A stretch of 64,000 nucleotides of DNA from an uncultured Planctomycetaceae bacterium (GCA_963815195.1 CAWFGE010000019.1:32001-96000), one strand, 5' to 3'; positions 33,830-45,400 are shown, counted from the first letter of the stretch. The notes: generated by a model from the letters alone, not told the origin. Program-made: numbers and translations.

Positions 33830-34801
33830 TCACCGCCCACGAGGCGATTCGCCGGCTTCGGACATCAACGGCGATCCCGCGGGCAGAATCACGGGAAGGC
33901 GGCTCTCGGCGATCTCGAATTCAAAGCGGGTCGCCTCGACCGGTTCTCCGTCGAGATTCATTTGAAACGGCTCCCGGGTTTCGAGCGTGAACGACTTGAA
34001 CTGATAATAATCCACGAACTGGCGGTCTTCGAGGTCCGGATTGGTCATCTCGTGATAAACCGCCCCCCAGCGGGGAAACTCCGCATCGCGCACCAAAACC
34101 AAATCGAGCAGCCCGTCATTGAGCAAGGCCTTCGGCGTCACTTGATAACCGCCGCCGCACTGCCGGCCGTTGCCCACGGCGACCAAGAGCAGATTGCCTT
34201 CCTGAAGATGATCCTCCATCGTCAATCGCGCCTCGTAGGGCCGATAGTTGATGGCGGTGAGCAGGCCCATTAGCGAATACGCGGCCCCGCCCAAGAGTTG
34301 TTTCATCTCGTCGGGCGTGTTTGCCGTGACTTCGGCCCCGAACCCGCCGCTGACGACGTTGACGAAATATCGCCCGTTCATCCGCCCGACATCCATCAAA
34401 CGGACCCGCCCGCCCGCGGCGAGTTTCAACGCTTCCAAGGGCGTGGCGGCACTCAATCCGCTCGCCGCCGCAAAATCGTTGGCGGTTCCCAAAGGCATCA
34501 CGGCCAAGGCGGTTCGCGGGGACGATTCGCCGGCGAGCATGCCGCCCGCGACTTCGTTCAGCGTGCCGTCGCCTCCGCCCGCGACCACCACGTCCACCGC
34601 GTCCTCCACCGCTTCCCGGGCAAAGCGGGCGGCATCGCCGGCTTCCCAGGTGACGCGGACGTCAACCGAAACGCCGGCTTCGCGGATGATTTCGATGGCT
34701 TCGCGCAAACTGGGGAATTTGGCCGTGCGCCCGTGCAGGACAAGCCGCAATCGCCGCTTTTCGGCAAGTTCTGCTCGATCGTCCATCAAATACTCCGGCA
34801 T
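33830..34801 (-). CDS. YegS-like lipid kinase (DAGK family)
   Basis: VRVTWEAGDA, GGGDGTLNEV, PLGTANDFA, GNGRQCGGG and NLDGE motifs. Confidence 0.9.
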   Translation of the reverse strand: MPEYLMDDRAELAEKRRLRLVLHGRTAKFPSLREAIEIIREAGVSVDVRVTWEAGDAARFAREAVEDAVDVVVAGGGDGTLNEVAGGMLAGESSPRTALAVMPLGTANDFAAASGLSAATPLEALKLAAGGRVRLMDVGRMNGRYFVNVVSGGFGAEVTANTPDEMKQLLGGAAYSLMGLLTAINYRPYEARLTMEDHLQEGNLLLVAVGNGRQCGGGYQVTPKALLNDGLLDLVLVRDAEFPRWGAVYHEMTNPDLEDRQFVDYYQFKSFTLETREPFQMNLDGEPVEATRFEFEIAESRLPVILPAGSPLMSEAGESPRGR

Positions 34802-34864
34802 CGCGCGTTCCCTCTCTTCGTCTTCGACGGAAAAACCAACGATTGCTCCGTGCAAAAAAGATGC

Positions 34865-35644
34865 CTATTGCGGCGGAACCCCCAGCGATTTGCCGCCGTC
34901 GATCGCAATCGCGGTCCCCGTGACCATCGCGGCCGCCTCGCAGGCCAGGTACAAAATCGCATCCGCAACTTCATCGGGCCGAATCATCCGCTGTTGAGCG
35001 CGGGCCAAGGGACTCGCCGAGATGAATTGCCGGATCGCCGCCTCGCGGTCCTCGGCCTGGTCCAGGTCGGCGTTCATCATCCCCGTGTCGCCCACAGGTC
35101 CCGGACACACGCAGTTGATGCGAATGCGGTCCTTCGCGTGGCAAAGGGCCAGGCTTTTCGTCATCGCCACCATCGCCATCTTGCTGAGGGAATACACCGG
35201 ATCATGAGCCCGGGGCAACAGGCCCGCGTTGCTGGCGGTGTTGACGATCACGCCGCCCCGCCCGGCATCGAGCATGTGCCGGATGGCATGCTTGGAACCG
35301 AAGAACGCCCCCTTGAGATTCGTCCCCAGGCAGCGGTCCCAATCCTCTTCGCTGACCTCGGTGATCTGTTTGACCATCCCGATCCCGGCGTTGTTGACGA
35401 GAACATCGATCCGCCCCGTCGCCTCGACCGCCTCGTCGATCAATCCGCGAATCGAAGTCTCCTGCCGCACGTCGCAAGACTTCTGGATGATGCCCAGCGG
35501 CCCAAACGCGGCTTCGTTCTGGTCATCGGGAGACAAATCCCCTACGAACACCTTCGCTCCCGCCTGGGCGAACTTCAAAGCCGTCGCCCGTCCAATCCCG
35601 CTCGCCCCGCCCGTCACGACCACAGTGCGCCCGTTAAAGTCCAT
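34865..35644 (-). CDS. SDR family oxidoreductase
   Basis: TGGASGIG, VNNAG, YSLSK and NCVCPG motifs. Confidence 0.93.
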   Translation of the reverse strand: MDFNGRTVVVTGGASGIGRATALKFAQAGAKVFVGDLSPDDQNEAAFGPLGIIQKSCDVRQETSIRGLIDEAVEATGRIDVLVNNAGIGMVKQITEVSEEDWDRCLGTNLKGAFFGSKHAIRHMLDAGRGGVIVNTASNAGLLPRAHDPVYSLSKMAMVAMTKSLALCHAKDRIRINCVCPGPVGDTGMMNADLDQAEDREAAIRQFISASPLARAQQRMIRPDEVADAILYLACEAAAMVTGTAIAIDGGKSLGVPPQ

Positions 35645-35705
35645 CGGAAGTGTTCCCCAAGGAATAAAAATCAATAACAGCGGAGACCCAACCCGAAGTG
35701 TTTTC

Positions 35706-36446
35706 TCATCGAATTTGCTTTATTACGAACGCCCGCAAGCGGTCATAATGCGGTTGAAACCACCGAACCGGCACGTCGAGCGTCTTTTTCATTTGTTTGA
35801 TTTCCTGTCGGAATGCGCTGTTTTTTAGGCTTGCGAGTTGATGAATCCGCAACAATGACGCGGGGTGGCGGTGTATGACGGCGGGCGTATTGTGCAAGGT
35901 AACAAACGGCAAGCGAGGCGTTTCCCAATGATAAGCGAGGATTCGCCTCCGCCTGTTCGGGGGGCACATTAAAGCCGCGCGCCGAAAACCGACGCAATTC
36001 GTTCTAAGCTGGTTGTCCAATACAGGGCGAAATCGAGCATAGTCAAAATACCAGGAATTCCAAACAAATCCCGGGACCCCGAGCGTATCGGGCAGCATCT
36101 CCCGGAGAGACGGTGCGAAGAAATCGTCGTCGTCACAGGGAACGATCAGCGAACCATTGGGCATTTTCGGGAATTCCCGCTCAAACGCATCAAGCCCCAC
36201 AATGAGTTTCGCCCCGCTGACCTTTTGCAAATTGGATAACGTCTCTTCCCGGATGCGTCTTCTGAATTCCCAATACGGGCATCGAAAGTTAGCGTTCCAA
36301 AAACGTTGAGTCTCGGGACTTAATGCAAAGCGGATGCCGGGCCCGGGCTTGTCCCGCATCGATTGTGTTTGCATTTCGCGTTGATCCGCGTAACGCATTG
36401 CGGTTCTGACAACGATGTAGAGTTCATATTTCATGAGTTGCTGCAT
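35706..36446 (-). CDS. Hypothetical protein, possibly glycosyltransferase-A-like
   Basis: 246-aa ORF in an AT-richer segment with an IVPCDDDDFF acidic motif. Confidence 0.55.
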   Translation of the reverse strand: MQQLMKYELYIVVRTAMRYADQREMQTQSMRDKPGPGIRFALSPETQRFWNANFRCPYWEFRRRIREETLSNLQKVSGAKLIVGLDAFEREFPKMPNGSLIVPCDDDDFFAPSLREMLPDTLGVPGFVWNSWYFDYARFRPVLDNQLRTNCVGFRRAALMCPPNRRRRILAYHWETPRLPFVTLHNTPAVIHRHPASLLRIHQLASLKNSAFRQEIKQMKKTLDVPVRWFQPHYDRLRAFVIKQIR

Positions 36447-36622
36447 CCGCCCCGGCGTTTCTCAGACGTCAGCGGAGAGCCAGACAGAAATGCGGTCCGG
36501 CTCTCCGCACTCCGCCCGCAACGAGCGTGTAAGCCGACAGTAAAGAAGAAAACGCCCCGGCGGAACCGGTTGCTCCATCGGGGCGAATCGTTTCATGATC
36601 TGTCAAACGACGGCCGCGTTTT

Positions 36623-37972
36623 TCACGCCTGGACGCCGGCCAGGTGCAGGCCGAAGCCTTCGCGGTATTCGCGTTTGATGAGGTGCTCGGAGTTGGGCAT
36701 GTTCGTGATCTTCATGTTCTTCGCATCCCATTCGACTTTTTGACCGGCTTTGAGGGCGACGTTCCCCAGGAGGATCGTTTCCGTCAAGCGGCCCGCGTAA
36801 TCGAAGTTCGACATGGCCGCCGGCCCGCCTTTGCACGCCGCGGCATATTCGCCGAAGTGGTCGTTGGTCCGGGGCAGCGTGGGTTCGGGCTTTTTGTAGT
36901 CGGCGTATTTGTCTTCGGGAAGCAGGTAGAACTGGCTGCCGTAGTCGTTGGGAGAATACAGCGTGCCTTTGCTGCCGATGACCAGCGAGCCGCTGTCTTT
37001 GAAGGGCTTGCCGTGGAGCAGTTTCTGATCGGGCCGTTTGCCGCCGTCGTACCAGGTGAATTTCACCGGCGGGCGGCCGTTGGATTCGGGGAATTGGAAC
37101 TCGATCCGCGAGTATTTCGGATAGGTTTCGTTTTCGACGATTCCCGACGATTCGACGGCTTCCACGGTGACAGGATCAAACAGGTTGAGGGCCATCACCG
37201 CCATGTTCGCGGTATGGCAGGCCATGTCGCCTAAGGCCCCTGTGCCGAAGTCGAGCCAGCCGCGCCATTTGAACGGATGGTAAACGCCGTTGACGTAAGG
37301 CCGCTTGGGGGCGGCTCCCAGGAACAAATCCCAATGCAGGTATTCGGGGACCGGATCTTCGCCGTCGGGCCGGCCTTGGCCTTGCGGCCAGATCGGGCGA
37401 TTGGTCCACACGTGGACTTCGCTCACATCGCCGAGCGCCCCGGCGCGGATGATTTCCACCGCTTCCCGCAGGCCGGCATGGGCGGTGCCCTGGTTGCCCA
37501 TCTGCGTCGCGACTTTTTTCTTCTTGGCAAGTTCCCGCATCATCCGGGCTTCATACACGGACCACGTCAAGGGCTTTTGGGTGAAGCAGTGCTTGCCCAG
37601 ACTCATCGCCAGCGTGGAGGCCGGGGCGTGCGTGTGGTCGGGCGTGCTGACGGTGACCGCGTCGATCTCCGTGCCCATCTCTTCGAGCATCTGGCGGTAA
37701 TCGGTGAACTTTTTCGCTTTGGGAATCCGGACGGCTTTTTGCTCCAGGCGCTTTTCGTCCGCATCGCAAAGAGCCACCACGTTTCCGAATCGCACGGCCG
37801 AGTCCGTGTCGCTGCTGCCTTTGCCGCCTACGCCGATGCAGGCGAAGTTCAGCCGTTCCACCGGCGAGCGCTCCTGGGCTTCCAACGATTGCGTGCTCAG
37901 CCACCAGGCGGCGGCCCCGGCACCGAGTGCCGACTGTTTGACGAAATCGCGACGTGTCGTTTTCTGAGTCAT
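36623..37972 (-). CDS. Tat-exported Gfo/Idh/MocA family oxidoreductase
   Basis: TRRDFVK Tat motif, [27 protein letters not shown] and GALGDMACH. Confidence 0.93.
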   Translation of the reverse strand: MTQKTTRRDFVKQSALGAGAAAWWLSTQSLEAQERSPVERLNFACIGVGGKGSSDTDSAVRFGNVVALCDADEKRLEQKAVRIPKAKKFTDYRQMLEEMGTEIDAVTVSTPDHTHAPASTLAMSLGKHCFTQKPLTWSVYEARMMRELAKKKKVATQMGNQGTAHAGLREAVEIIRAGALGDVSEVHVWTNRPIWPQGQGRPDGEDPVPEYLHWDLFLGAAPKRPYVNGVYHPFKWRGWLDFGTGALGDMACHTANMAVMALNLFDPVTVEAVESSGIVENETYPKYSRIEFQFPESNGRPPVKFTWYDGGKRPDQKLLHGKPFKDSGSLVIGSKGTLYSPNDYGSQFYLLPEDKYADYKKPEPTLPRTNDHFGEYAAACKGGPAAMSNFDYAGRLTETILLGNVALKAGQKVEWDAKNMKITNMPNSEHLIKREYREGFGLHLAGVQA

Positions 37973-38108
37973 GTTGCGTCCTCCAACTAGGGTTCCCGCC
38001 GCGAAAAACGACGGAGCACAAAGAACAAGACCTGGACAAGGTTGATTACCCGACATCATACCAGACATTGTTCCTGCGCCTAGGAAACGGGCATCAGGCG
38101 TGTGTGCT

Positions 38109-38220
38109 CTTTCACCTCCCCTTGCTTGGGGAGGTGAAATCCATCATTCATTCCATTCATTGATCATCACACAAAAAGATCATCCACGTCTACCCCCCCC
38201 CCCCCGATTCGCCGGAAGAG
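38109..38220 (-). repeat. ~110-bp dispersed repeat with a terminal hairpin, copy 2
   Basis: Reverse complement of 9403-9510; differs in hairpin loop, G-tract length and a short indel. Confidence 0.9.
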
Positions 38221-38318
38221 ACAAAAATCTCGCATCGGCCGCCCAGCCCTCCTTGGAAAAAATGAGGGCCTATCGCAAATGGATTGTGTGACTCCAGACC
38301 CCGTCATCCCAACGAGAG

Positions 38319-39202
38319 TTACTGCTTCAAACGGTCGATCAGGTAGTCCGTCGAGCTTTTGTACTTGGGATGCGACTGACCGGGATGCACGAGGACCACA
38401 TCGACACCGACGTCTTTAAGTCGTTCCGCGAGTTTGATGCCCATAATTCCCGAATGTGTGGGGTCTTTCGGCGATGCCCCGACGACGGGAACCTCGCCGC
38501 GGTAGAACAGACCAATCGGCGGGTCGTCTTTGGAAACGTGGGCCATCGGAGAATACTCTTTGATCCAGGGCAGAACTTTCTCGCGGTTGTCGATCAGGCT
38601 TTGAATGTTCGGCAACCCGAACGCGTGCGCCCGTAGCTGTAGTTGGGCATCCATTCGCGAAGCTCCTTTGGATCGAGCGAGACTTGGGCCCCATTGACGG
38701 CGGCACAGTCGAGGCGGGTCGATTCTCGCGCGATGGGATCGTCACTGTTCGGATCGGCCAGGTCATCGTGAAATGCCAGCCAAAGCGAAGAACATGTGCC
38801 CGCCGACCCGCCGGTGGCCCCGATCCGTTTTTTGTCGAGGTTCCATTCCTTGGCTTTGGAGCGAACGAATTGCAAAGCGCGGGCCGCATCATGAAGCGGC
38901 GCTTTGACGGGTGGTTCCACTTTGTCTTTGACGCCGTTTTGCACGTAGCGGTAATTGATGGCGACAACCGAGATGCCCTGGTCCAAAAACGGCTTCGGAT
39001 TGGTTTTCTTGTCGCCCGCTCGCCAGCCTCCCCCATGAATGTAGAACACGACCGGAGTCGGTCGATCCGAGTTTGCGGGGTAAAAATCCAACACCTGTCG
39101 CGGATGCTTCCCATAGGCCACATCCTTCAGGGGTTTGAGTTCCTCCGCAAAGCACTCAGGCACCACAAAAACAAGGCTGAGCATCACGAGAATTGACTTC
39201 AT
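38319..39202 (-). CDS. Secreted alpha/beta hydrolase (esterase/lipase); frameshift near 38630
   Basis: YIHGGGW, AINYR and GGSAG in 38594-39202; C-terminus (SKDDPPI...DPTHS) in the 38319-38654 frame. Confidence 0.85.
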
Positions 39203-39248
39203 CTGGCCGGTTCCTTTTCAAAGAGTTTGACATTTCCAGAGCAAGAGT

Positions 39249-39842
39249 TCAGAACTTCCCCGGATTTCCGGGTCTCCGATTTCCCATCCAGCTTGCCGAT
39301 CCGAGGGATAAAAGGCAACCGACCGCGAAGTCGCTTGCAACATCATGGCGCCGACTCAGACTTTTCTCCAACAGAAACGAACTTGTTGGATTTGGTGTCT
39401 TAGCTTCCTGGGCAAGAAGATTTTCTGCGGCCGTAGGCGAATATGTCCGTAGTTGCATCGATTTGGTGCCATCGGACCAGATTTCTTGTGGTCGTTCCGT
39501 CCTCTCAAGGCGACACAAATGGTCCGTTGGGAGAAGTCTGGATTTGAGGAATTCTGAAATGCGTTTCCAAAATGCGGTTTCTAAAAATCGATCGTCTTGA
39601 ACAAAACAAACCTTTTTTATGCGATCCTGGTATTCACCCAAGACGGCAATGGCACCGCCGATATGATCGTTGTGGCTATGAGAGACCACCAATCGCTCAA
39701 CAAACTCTACACCTGAACGACGCAGAAACTGCAATACGATTTGGTCGTTTTGAAGGCCGCAATCGATCACGATTGCCCGGCGCTCTCCAAGCAAGATGAC
39801 TTGGCATGTGCCCTGGCCAGCATCGAGAAAGAACACTTCCAT
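39249..39842 (-). pseudogene. ComEC/Rec2-like metallo-beta-lactamase-fold gene, probably 3' truncated
   Basis: FFLDAGQG, VIDCG and SHSHNDHIGG motifs; AT-richer; recognisable similarity ends after NPTS. Confidence 0.65.
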
Positions 39843-39914
39843 CCAGCGTTCCTCGAAAGTTGCCTATTTACCACCCAGCTTCAGGCAGATTCTTAGTGGA
39901 ACCAAGCACATCAT

Positions 39915-40047
39915 GAACCAGGCGGTCATATTCCGCCTTGGATTCCTCGGTGCCGTGCGGCCCCAAGTCGAAGTCGCGGCCGTTGATCGTGACGACGGCC
40001 AAGCCGGAGGGCTTGTGATGGCGGTACTTCGGGATGCGTTGAGACAT
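39915..40047 (-). pseudogene. N-terminal remnant of a tyrosine integrase
   Basis: MSQRIPKYRHHKPSGLAVVTINGRDFDLGPHGTEESKAEYDRLV resembles planctomycete integrase N-termini; starts just 3' of tRNA-Phe. Confidence 0.7.
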
Positions 40048-40164
40048 GGCGGCGGCCTCCAATCGGTAATCCGGTAAGCTACCGGATTATCCGTGGCTTT
40101 TGGCCGCTCCGCCTGGGTGGAGCGGGTGAGCGTCAATAACGCCCTCAGCAAGATTTCTGAAAAG

Positions 40165-40237
40165 TGGACAGGGGGGGAATCGAACCCCCGACACCAGGAT
40201 TTTCAGTCCTGTGCTCTACCAACTGAGCTACCTGTCC
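40165..40237 (-). tRNA. tRNA-Phe(GAA)
   Basis: Cloverleaf with GGACAGG/CCTGTCC acceptor stem, CAGGA-CTGAAAA-TCCTG anticodon arm and TTCGATT T-loop. Confidence 0.97.
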
Positions 40238-40322
40238 AAAATGCTTATTCAAAGGTATTTTTGGTGTTTCGATCAATCAGGGCCAAGACGCCACCTAAAC
40301 CCTTTGAGCAGGAGGTGATGTC

Positions 40323-40642
40323 GTGGGCAATCCTATCAAAAAAACTCCGCAACGCAAGTACGCAAACCCCAAACCTCCAAAACCGTATCCGGGATTTCCG
40401 CTCTTCCCCCATGCGTCGGGTCAGTGGGCCAAAAAGATCCGCGGCAAGCTGGTGTACTTCGGCGTCTGGGCTTCACCCGAAGCCGCCCTCGAACGACTCA
40501 ATCGCGAGTGGCCCTATCTGAAAAATGGTCGAACCCCACCCCCCGAACACATTTCGGAAGCGGGCTGTACAGTGCGGGAACTCTCGAACGATTTCTTATC
40601 CAGCAAGAAAGCGAAGCTGCTGGCTGGCGAACTTTCTCCGCC
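40323..40642 (+). pseudogene. N-terminal remnant of a second tyrosine integrase
   Basis: KPPKPYPGFPLFPHASGQWAKKIRGKLVYFGVW...TVRELSNDFL...GELSP, then an abrupt switch to unrelated sequence. Confidence 0.7.
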
Positions 40643-40663
40643 GCAAGCAGCGGGTGCCGGATG

Positions 40664-40763
40664 GTCAGAAGACCGCCGTGTTGGCGAGCGTGACCAACAA
40701 GGGATGATACCGCCACGTGCCTTTGTAGGAGATGTCCATCCCGGCTTTGCACTCGCCCGTCGG
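40664..40763 (-). mobile_element. IS1380-like transposase fragment
   Basis: Translates as [28 protein letters not shown], matching the IS1380 GxxGYHPL region. Confidence 0.6.
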
Positions 40764-40778
40764 TCGGGGCTTCCGGCG

Positions 40779-41624
40779 TCAGTAATTTCCGACGGGCTGA
40801 TTGTCGTTGCGTGCGCCGAGTCTTTGCCAGGTTCCCATGGCCGAGCCGACGCCGTCCTGGGCGTTGATCGAGTCGGAAAGAAACTGCACGCTGCCGTCGG
40901 CGAGTGCGAAGTGGGCTCCGCCGGTATGTTGGCTGCCGAAGGCGTTTTGATCTCCCGAATTGATCCGCGTGAGATCGGCCGTCTGGCTCATCAGAAAGTT
41001 GCGGTTGGTGTCGGGGTGATTTGTCGAGCCGCCCCAGATGAAACCCCGGTGACTGAAGTAATCCCGCTCGCCGAATAGGAGCGTGTTGCTGGTCCCGTCT
41101 GACATCTGGATGCTGCTGTTCTGATAGAGGGTGCCGTTGCCTACGGGATTGGAGAGGTTGCTGCCCATGATGCCGATGTAATTGGAAATTCCGATTTCCT
41201 TTTTTGCGTTGACTTGCGGTTTCGACTTGTCATTCCATTCGGGATGGGAGTCGGACGGGCAGTGGAATAGCGCAAGCGTGGTGCGGAGCCGGCTGAGCAG
41301 AGTTCCGTTCGCGAGGTCCATCGTTCCGGACGGTCCCAATGTCTCAAAAAGAGGACGCTGGTCGACGTAGGGCAGGAGCATAGTTCCCCAACCCCAGCCG
41401 GTGTCCACAACATAACCCGACGGAAACTTTCCATGGGCGTCGTGGTAGTTGTGCATCGCCAGCGAGAGTTGCTTCAGGTGGCTTTTGCATTGGGTGCGGC
41501 GGGCGGCTTCTCGAGCCGCTTGAACCGCCGGCAGCAACAGCGCAATCAGCACGGCGATAATGGCGATGACGACCAACAATTCAATCAGAGTGAAGGCCCG
41601 GCGTTTTGTTCTAGGACTTGTCAT
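40779..41624 (-). CDS. DUF1559 prepilin-type protein
   Basis: AFTLIELLVVIAIIAVLIALLLPAVQAAREAARRTQC, CPSD and the C-terminal HTGGAHFALADG (H-X9-DG) motif. Confidence 0.95.
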   Translation of the reverse strand: MTSPRTKRRAFTLIELLVVIAIIAVLIALLLPAVQAAREAARRTQCKSHLKQLSLAMHNYHDAHGKFPSGYVVDTGWGWGTMLLPYVDQRPLFETLGPSGTMDLANGTLLSRLRTTLALFHCPSDSHPEWNDKSKPQVNAKKEIGISNYIGIMGSNLSNPVGNGTLYQNSSIQMSDGTSNTLLFGERDYFSHRGFIWGGSTNHPDTNRNFLMSQTADLTRINSGDQNAFGSQHTGGAHFALADGSVQFLSDSINAQDGVGSAMGTWQRLGARNDNQPVGNY

Positions 41625-41646
41625 GGCACAGTCCCCATTGATACGC

Positions 41647-41676
41647 GTGAGCGGCAAGGCGCTAGCCGCCGGTTTT
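41647..41676 (+). repeat. Single arm of the REP-like family
   Basis: GTGAGCGGCAAGGCGCTAGCCGCCGG resembles the tandem unit GTGAGCGGAAGGCGCTAGCCTCCGG. Confidence 0.6.
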
Positions 41677-41774
41677 GTTCTTCACGTCGCGCCATTGGGG
41701 GGCAGGAGTTCAACGCGGTAATTCAATGAAACCGAGACAACCATAAAATCCCAGGCGTCTTTCTGCCACTGTTG

Positions 41775-41783
41775 TGGTATAAC
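41775..41783 (+). promoter_or_regulatory. Candidate extended -10 promoter of the ECF gene
   Basis: TGGTATAAC (TGn-TATAAC) 40 bp upstream of the TTG start. Confidence 0.4.
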
Positions 41784-41822
41784 CGGTGGCAGGGGGTTCC
41801 CCCGATATTTGAGGCCACGCCC

Positions 41823-42392
41823 TTGCCCGACGTCACCCGCATCTTGTCGCAGATTGAAGCCGGTGATCCGTCGGCGGGAGAGCAACTCTTACCGCTGGTG
41901 TATGACGAACTGCGAAAGTTGGCCGCGGCCAGGATGTTTCAAGAGAAGCCGGGGCAAACGCTGCAAGCGACTGCATTGGTGCACGAGGCTTATCTCCGGT
42001 TGGTGGATGTCGAGCAGGCCCAGCATTGGAACAGCCGAGGGCATTTTTTCGGGGCGGCGGCCGAGGCCATGCGAAGGATTCTGGTCGAGAACGCCCGGAG
42101 AAAAAGCGGACCCAAAGCGGGTGGCGTGCATTGCCGAATGGAATTGTCGGAAGTGGCGGTGGAAATTCAGAAACGTGACGTGGATCTGATCGCTTTGAGC
42201 GAATCGCTCGACAAGTTGCAAAGCCAGGATCCCCGGGCCGCGGAGTTGGTCAAGCTGCGTTTTTTTGCCGGGTTGACCCGGCGTCAGGCGGCAGAGGCCC
42301 TCGGTATATCTGTCGCAACGGCTGATAATGACTGGGCTTACGCAAAAGGTTGGCTGAAGGCGGAACTTGCGGGAACATTCGGCTCCGGATGA
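41823..42392 (+). CDS. ECF sigma factor, kinase-associated (TIGR02999-like)
   Basis: DVTRIL, LLPLVYDELRKLA, TLQATALVHEAYLRL, AAEAMRRILV and VKLRFFAGLT motifs. Confidence 0.95.
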   Translation: MPDVTRILSQIEAGDPSAGEQLLPLVYDELRKLAAARMFQEKPGQTLQATALVHEAYLRLVDVEQAQHWNSRGHFFGAAAEAMRRILVENARRKSGPKAGGVHCRMELSEVAVEIQKRDVDLIALSESLDKLQSQDPRAAELVKLRFFAGLTRRQAAEALGISVATADNDWAYAKGWLKAELAGTFGSG

Positions 42393-42496
42393 AAAGCTGG
42401 CTTTTTTCCAAAATCTCAAGAATTCGTTAGAGCTTTTGCCGGCCATTCTCGCACTGACTCACAGAACTGTGTCAAAGCGGGAGGTGCAGGCGAATC

Positions 42497-45400
42497 ATGG
42501 CTGGCGAAATCCTCGACGAAAAAGCGATCTTCAACGTCGCCCGGAAAATCGATTCGGAGGAGGCGAGAGCGGAATATCTGCACCAGGTCTGCGGGGCCGA
42601 TGGAAATCTGTTTGAGCGAGTGGACACGCTGCTCCGCGCGTACGAAGAGCAGGCGAGCTTTCTGGAATCGCCCGCCGCCGATAGCTTCTCTCCCACGATT
42701 GATCAACCGCCGTTAGAAGAGCCCGGCACGCAGATCGGCCCCTACAAGTTGCTGCAACAGATCGGCGAAGGGGGCATGGGCGTGGTCTATATGGCCGAGC
42801 AGTCCGAGCCGGTGGAACGGCGGGTCGCCCTGAAGATCATCAAGCCCGGCATGGATACTCGGCAAGTCATCGCGCGGTTCGAGGCCGAGCGGCAGGCGCT
42901 GGCGATGATGGATCATCCCCACATCGCCAAGGTGCTCGACGCGGGCGCGACCGACAGCGGCCGGCCGTATTTCGTGATGGAATTGGTCAAAGGCGTTCCG
43001 ATCACGCAATACTGCGACGAACGCCATCTGACGCCGAAGCAGCGATTGGAGTTGTTTCTTTCCGTGCTCCTGGCCGTTCAGCACGCGCACCAAAAAGGCA
43101 TTATTCACCGCGACATCAAGCCCACCAACGTGCTGGTGGCGGAATATGACGACAGGCCGGTGCCCAAGGTGATCGACTTCGGCGTGGCCAAGGCCACCAG
43201 CCAGAAGCTAACCGAGAAGACCATGTTCACGGAATACGGGCAACTCGTGGGCACGCTCGATTACATGAGTCCCGAGCAGGCCAAGCTCAACCAGATGGAC
43301 ATCGACACGCGGAGCGACATCTATTCGCTGGGCGTCCTGCTCTATGAACTGTTGACGGGCGACACGCCTTTCGATCGTACCCGCCTGCGGTCCGCCGCTT
43401 TTGAGGAGATGATGCGGATCATCCGCGAGGAAGAGCCGCCCAAGCCCAGCACCCGGCTCAGCACCAGCCAGATGTTGGCTTCCGTTTCCGCCAATCGCAA
43501 CACCGAACCCAGAAAACTCAGCACGCTGGTCAAGGGGGACTTGGATTGGATCGTGATGAAGGCCTTGGACAAGGACCGGGGCCGGCGTTACGAGACCGCC
43601 AACGGCTTCGCGGCCGACCTTCAGCGGTATCTGGACAACGAACCGGTCGAGGCTTGCCCGCCGTCTGCGACATATCGGCTGACAAAGTTCGCAAGGCGAA
43701 ACCGGGGCGTACTGTTGACAACAGCGGTTATCGCGCTGGCCTTGGTCTTGGGAACCGCAGTCAGCACGTGGCAGGCCATCCGCGCGATCCACGCGGAGAG
43801 CCAAGCCCGAGACAACGAGACACGCGCAATCGGCGAGGAACGTAAAGCCAACGCCGAAAGAGAACGGGCGGCGGCCAGCGAAAAACAAGCCGAGGCCGAT
43901 TTCCAAAAGGCGCTGGAAGCCGTCGATCGCATGTTGTTCCGCGTCGCGGATGATGCGCTCCGCAACGTGCCCCAAATGGTGCCAGTGCAAGAGAAGGTTT
44001 TCAGGGATGCCGTCGAGTTTTACGAAAAGCTGCTCGCAGATCGTCCCCGTGATCCTAAGTTGCGTTTTGCAACCGCGATGGCCTGCAAGAACCTTATCGG
44101 ACACGATAAGGTTGGCAAACCCCAGAAAATGCTGCAACGCGCCCTGGAAATACTTAACGAACTGCATGAGGAATCGCCTGAGGACTCGGAGGTTCGGCAT
44201 GCTCTCGCGCATTGCTATAACTGGCTGGGATGGAAGGGTGGGGACAGTCTCATTTCAGCGGAAAATTGCCATCGCCGTGCAATCGAGTTGATGCTTCCAC
44301 TGAAGGACTCACGTCCCGAAGACCTGGCACGCAGCTATGGGAGCCTCGCAGTGAATCTGAAGGCACAACGCCGGTTCGATGAGGCCGAGCAGACGTTTCG
44401 AATGGCGCTGGAGTTTGGCTCCGATGACGGGCAGGTTTACCACGGACTGGCGCTTTTGCTGGAACGGGTCGGACGCGTTTCGGAAGCGATCGACGCCATG
44501 AATCGCGCAATTGATGCAGCGCAAAATTCCATCCACGACTCCTCCAAATGGAGAACAAATGCTGAGGAAAGACTCGCTTCCGACCATTCTCACCTGGGTA
44601 GCATGCTGATTCGTGCCCAGCGACCGGAAGAGTCCCTGCCGCATCTTCTGAAGTCTCAACAGATTTATGAACGTCTGGCGCGCGACTTTCCCAGTTTGGA
44701 CCGATTCAGCGGCGCGTTAGACCGGTCACGGGCTGCGTTGGTGGGGGCCTACCACACACTCAAGAAAGATGAAGCTGCTCGGCAGATCCTGGTTCAACTC
44801 CAACCCAGCACGGCGCAGGAATATCTGACACGGGGTAATCTGCGCAAAACGCTGGGGGAGATGCCAGAGGCTCTCGCCGACTACGACAAGGCCATTGAAC
44901 TCGACCCCGCGAATGCCAAGGCGTATTTACAACGCCAGCTTCTCCATCAGGAATTGGGCCAATTCGATCAGGCTGTGATCGATCTGACGCACAGGCGCGC
45001 TCTGATGCCGGAGAGATCGGACATTCACAACAGTCTCGGCGTCGCCCTCGACAAAAAGGGAGATCTGGACGAGGCCATCGCCTGCTACGAAAAGGCTATC
45101 GAACTTGATCCGAATTACGCTCTAGCGCACAGCAATCTCGGCGCCGCGTGGGCGAAGAAAGGATTGCATGACAAGGCCATCGCCTGCGACAAGAAGGCCA
45201 TCGAACTTAGTGAGCAATTGGTCGCTGATTTTCCCGAGAATTCGAGTTACCAGGGGAGTCTGAAGAAGTGCCACGACTCGTTCGCCGTCAACGTTCGGAG
45301 AGTGGACCCGATCGAGCGGGCGGAGCAAGTCCGTCTTGATGCTCTCGCGTTTTACGAGGCGTTGGCCAAACAGTTTCCAAAGCGTTCCGCCGCGCATCGT

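Noticed and set aside
40323..41078. 251-aa ORF as a real protein (likewise 15037-15705 and 54259-55473)
   Set aside because: Each is a truncated gene reading through a junction into unrelated or antisense sequence.
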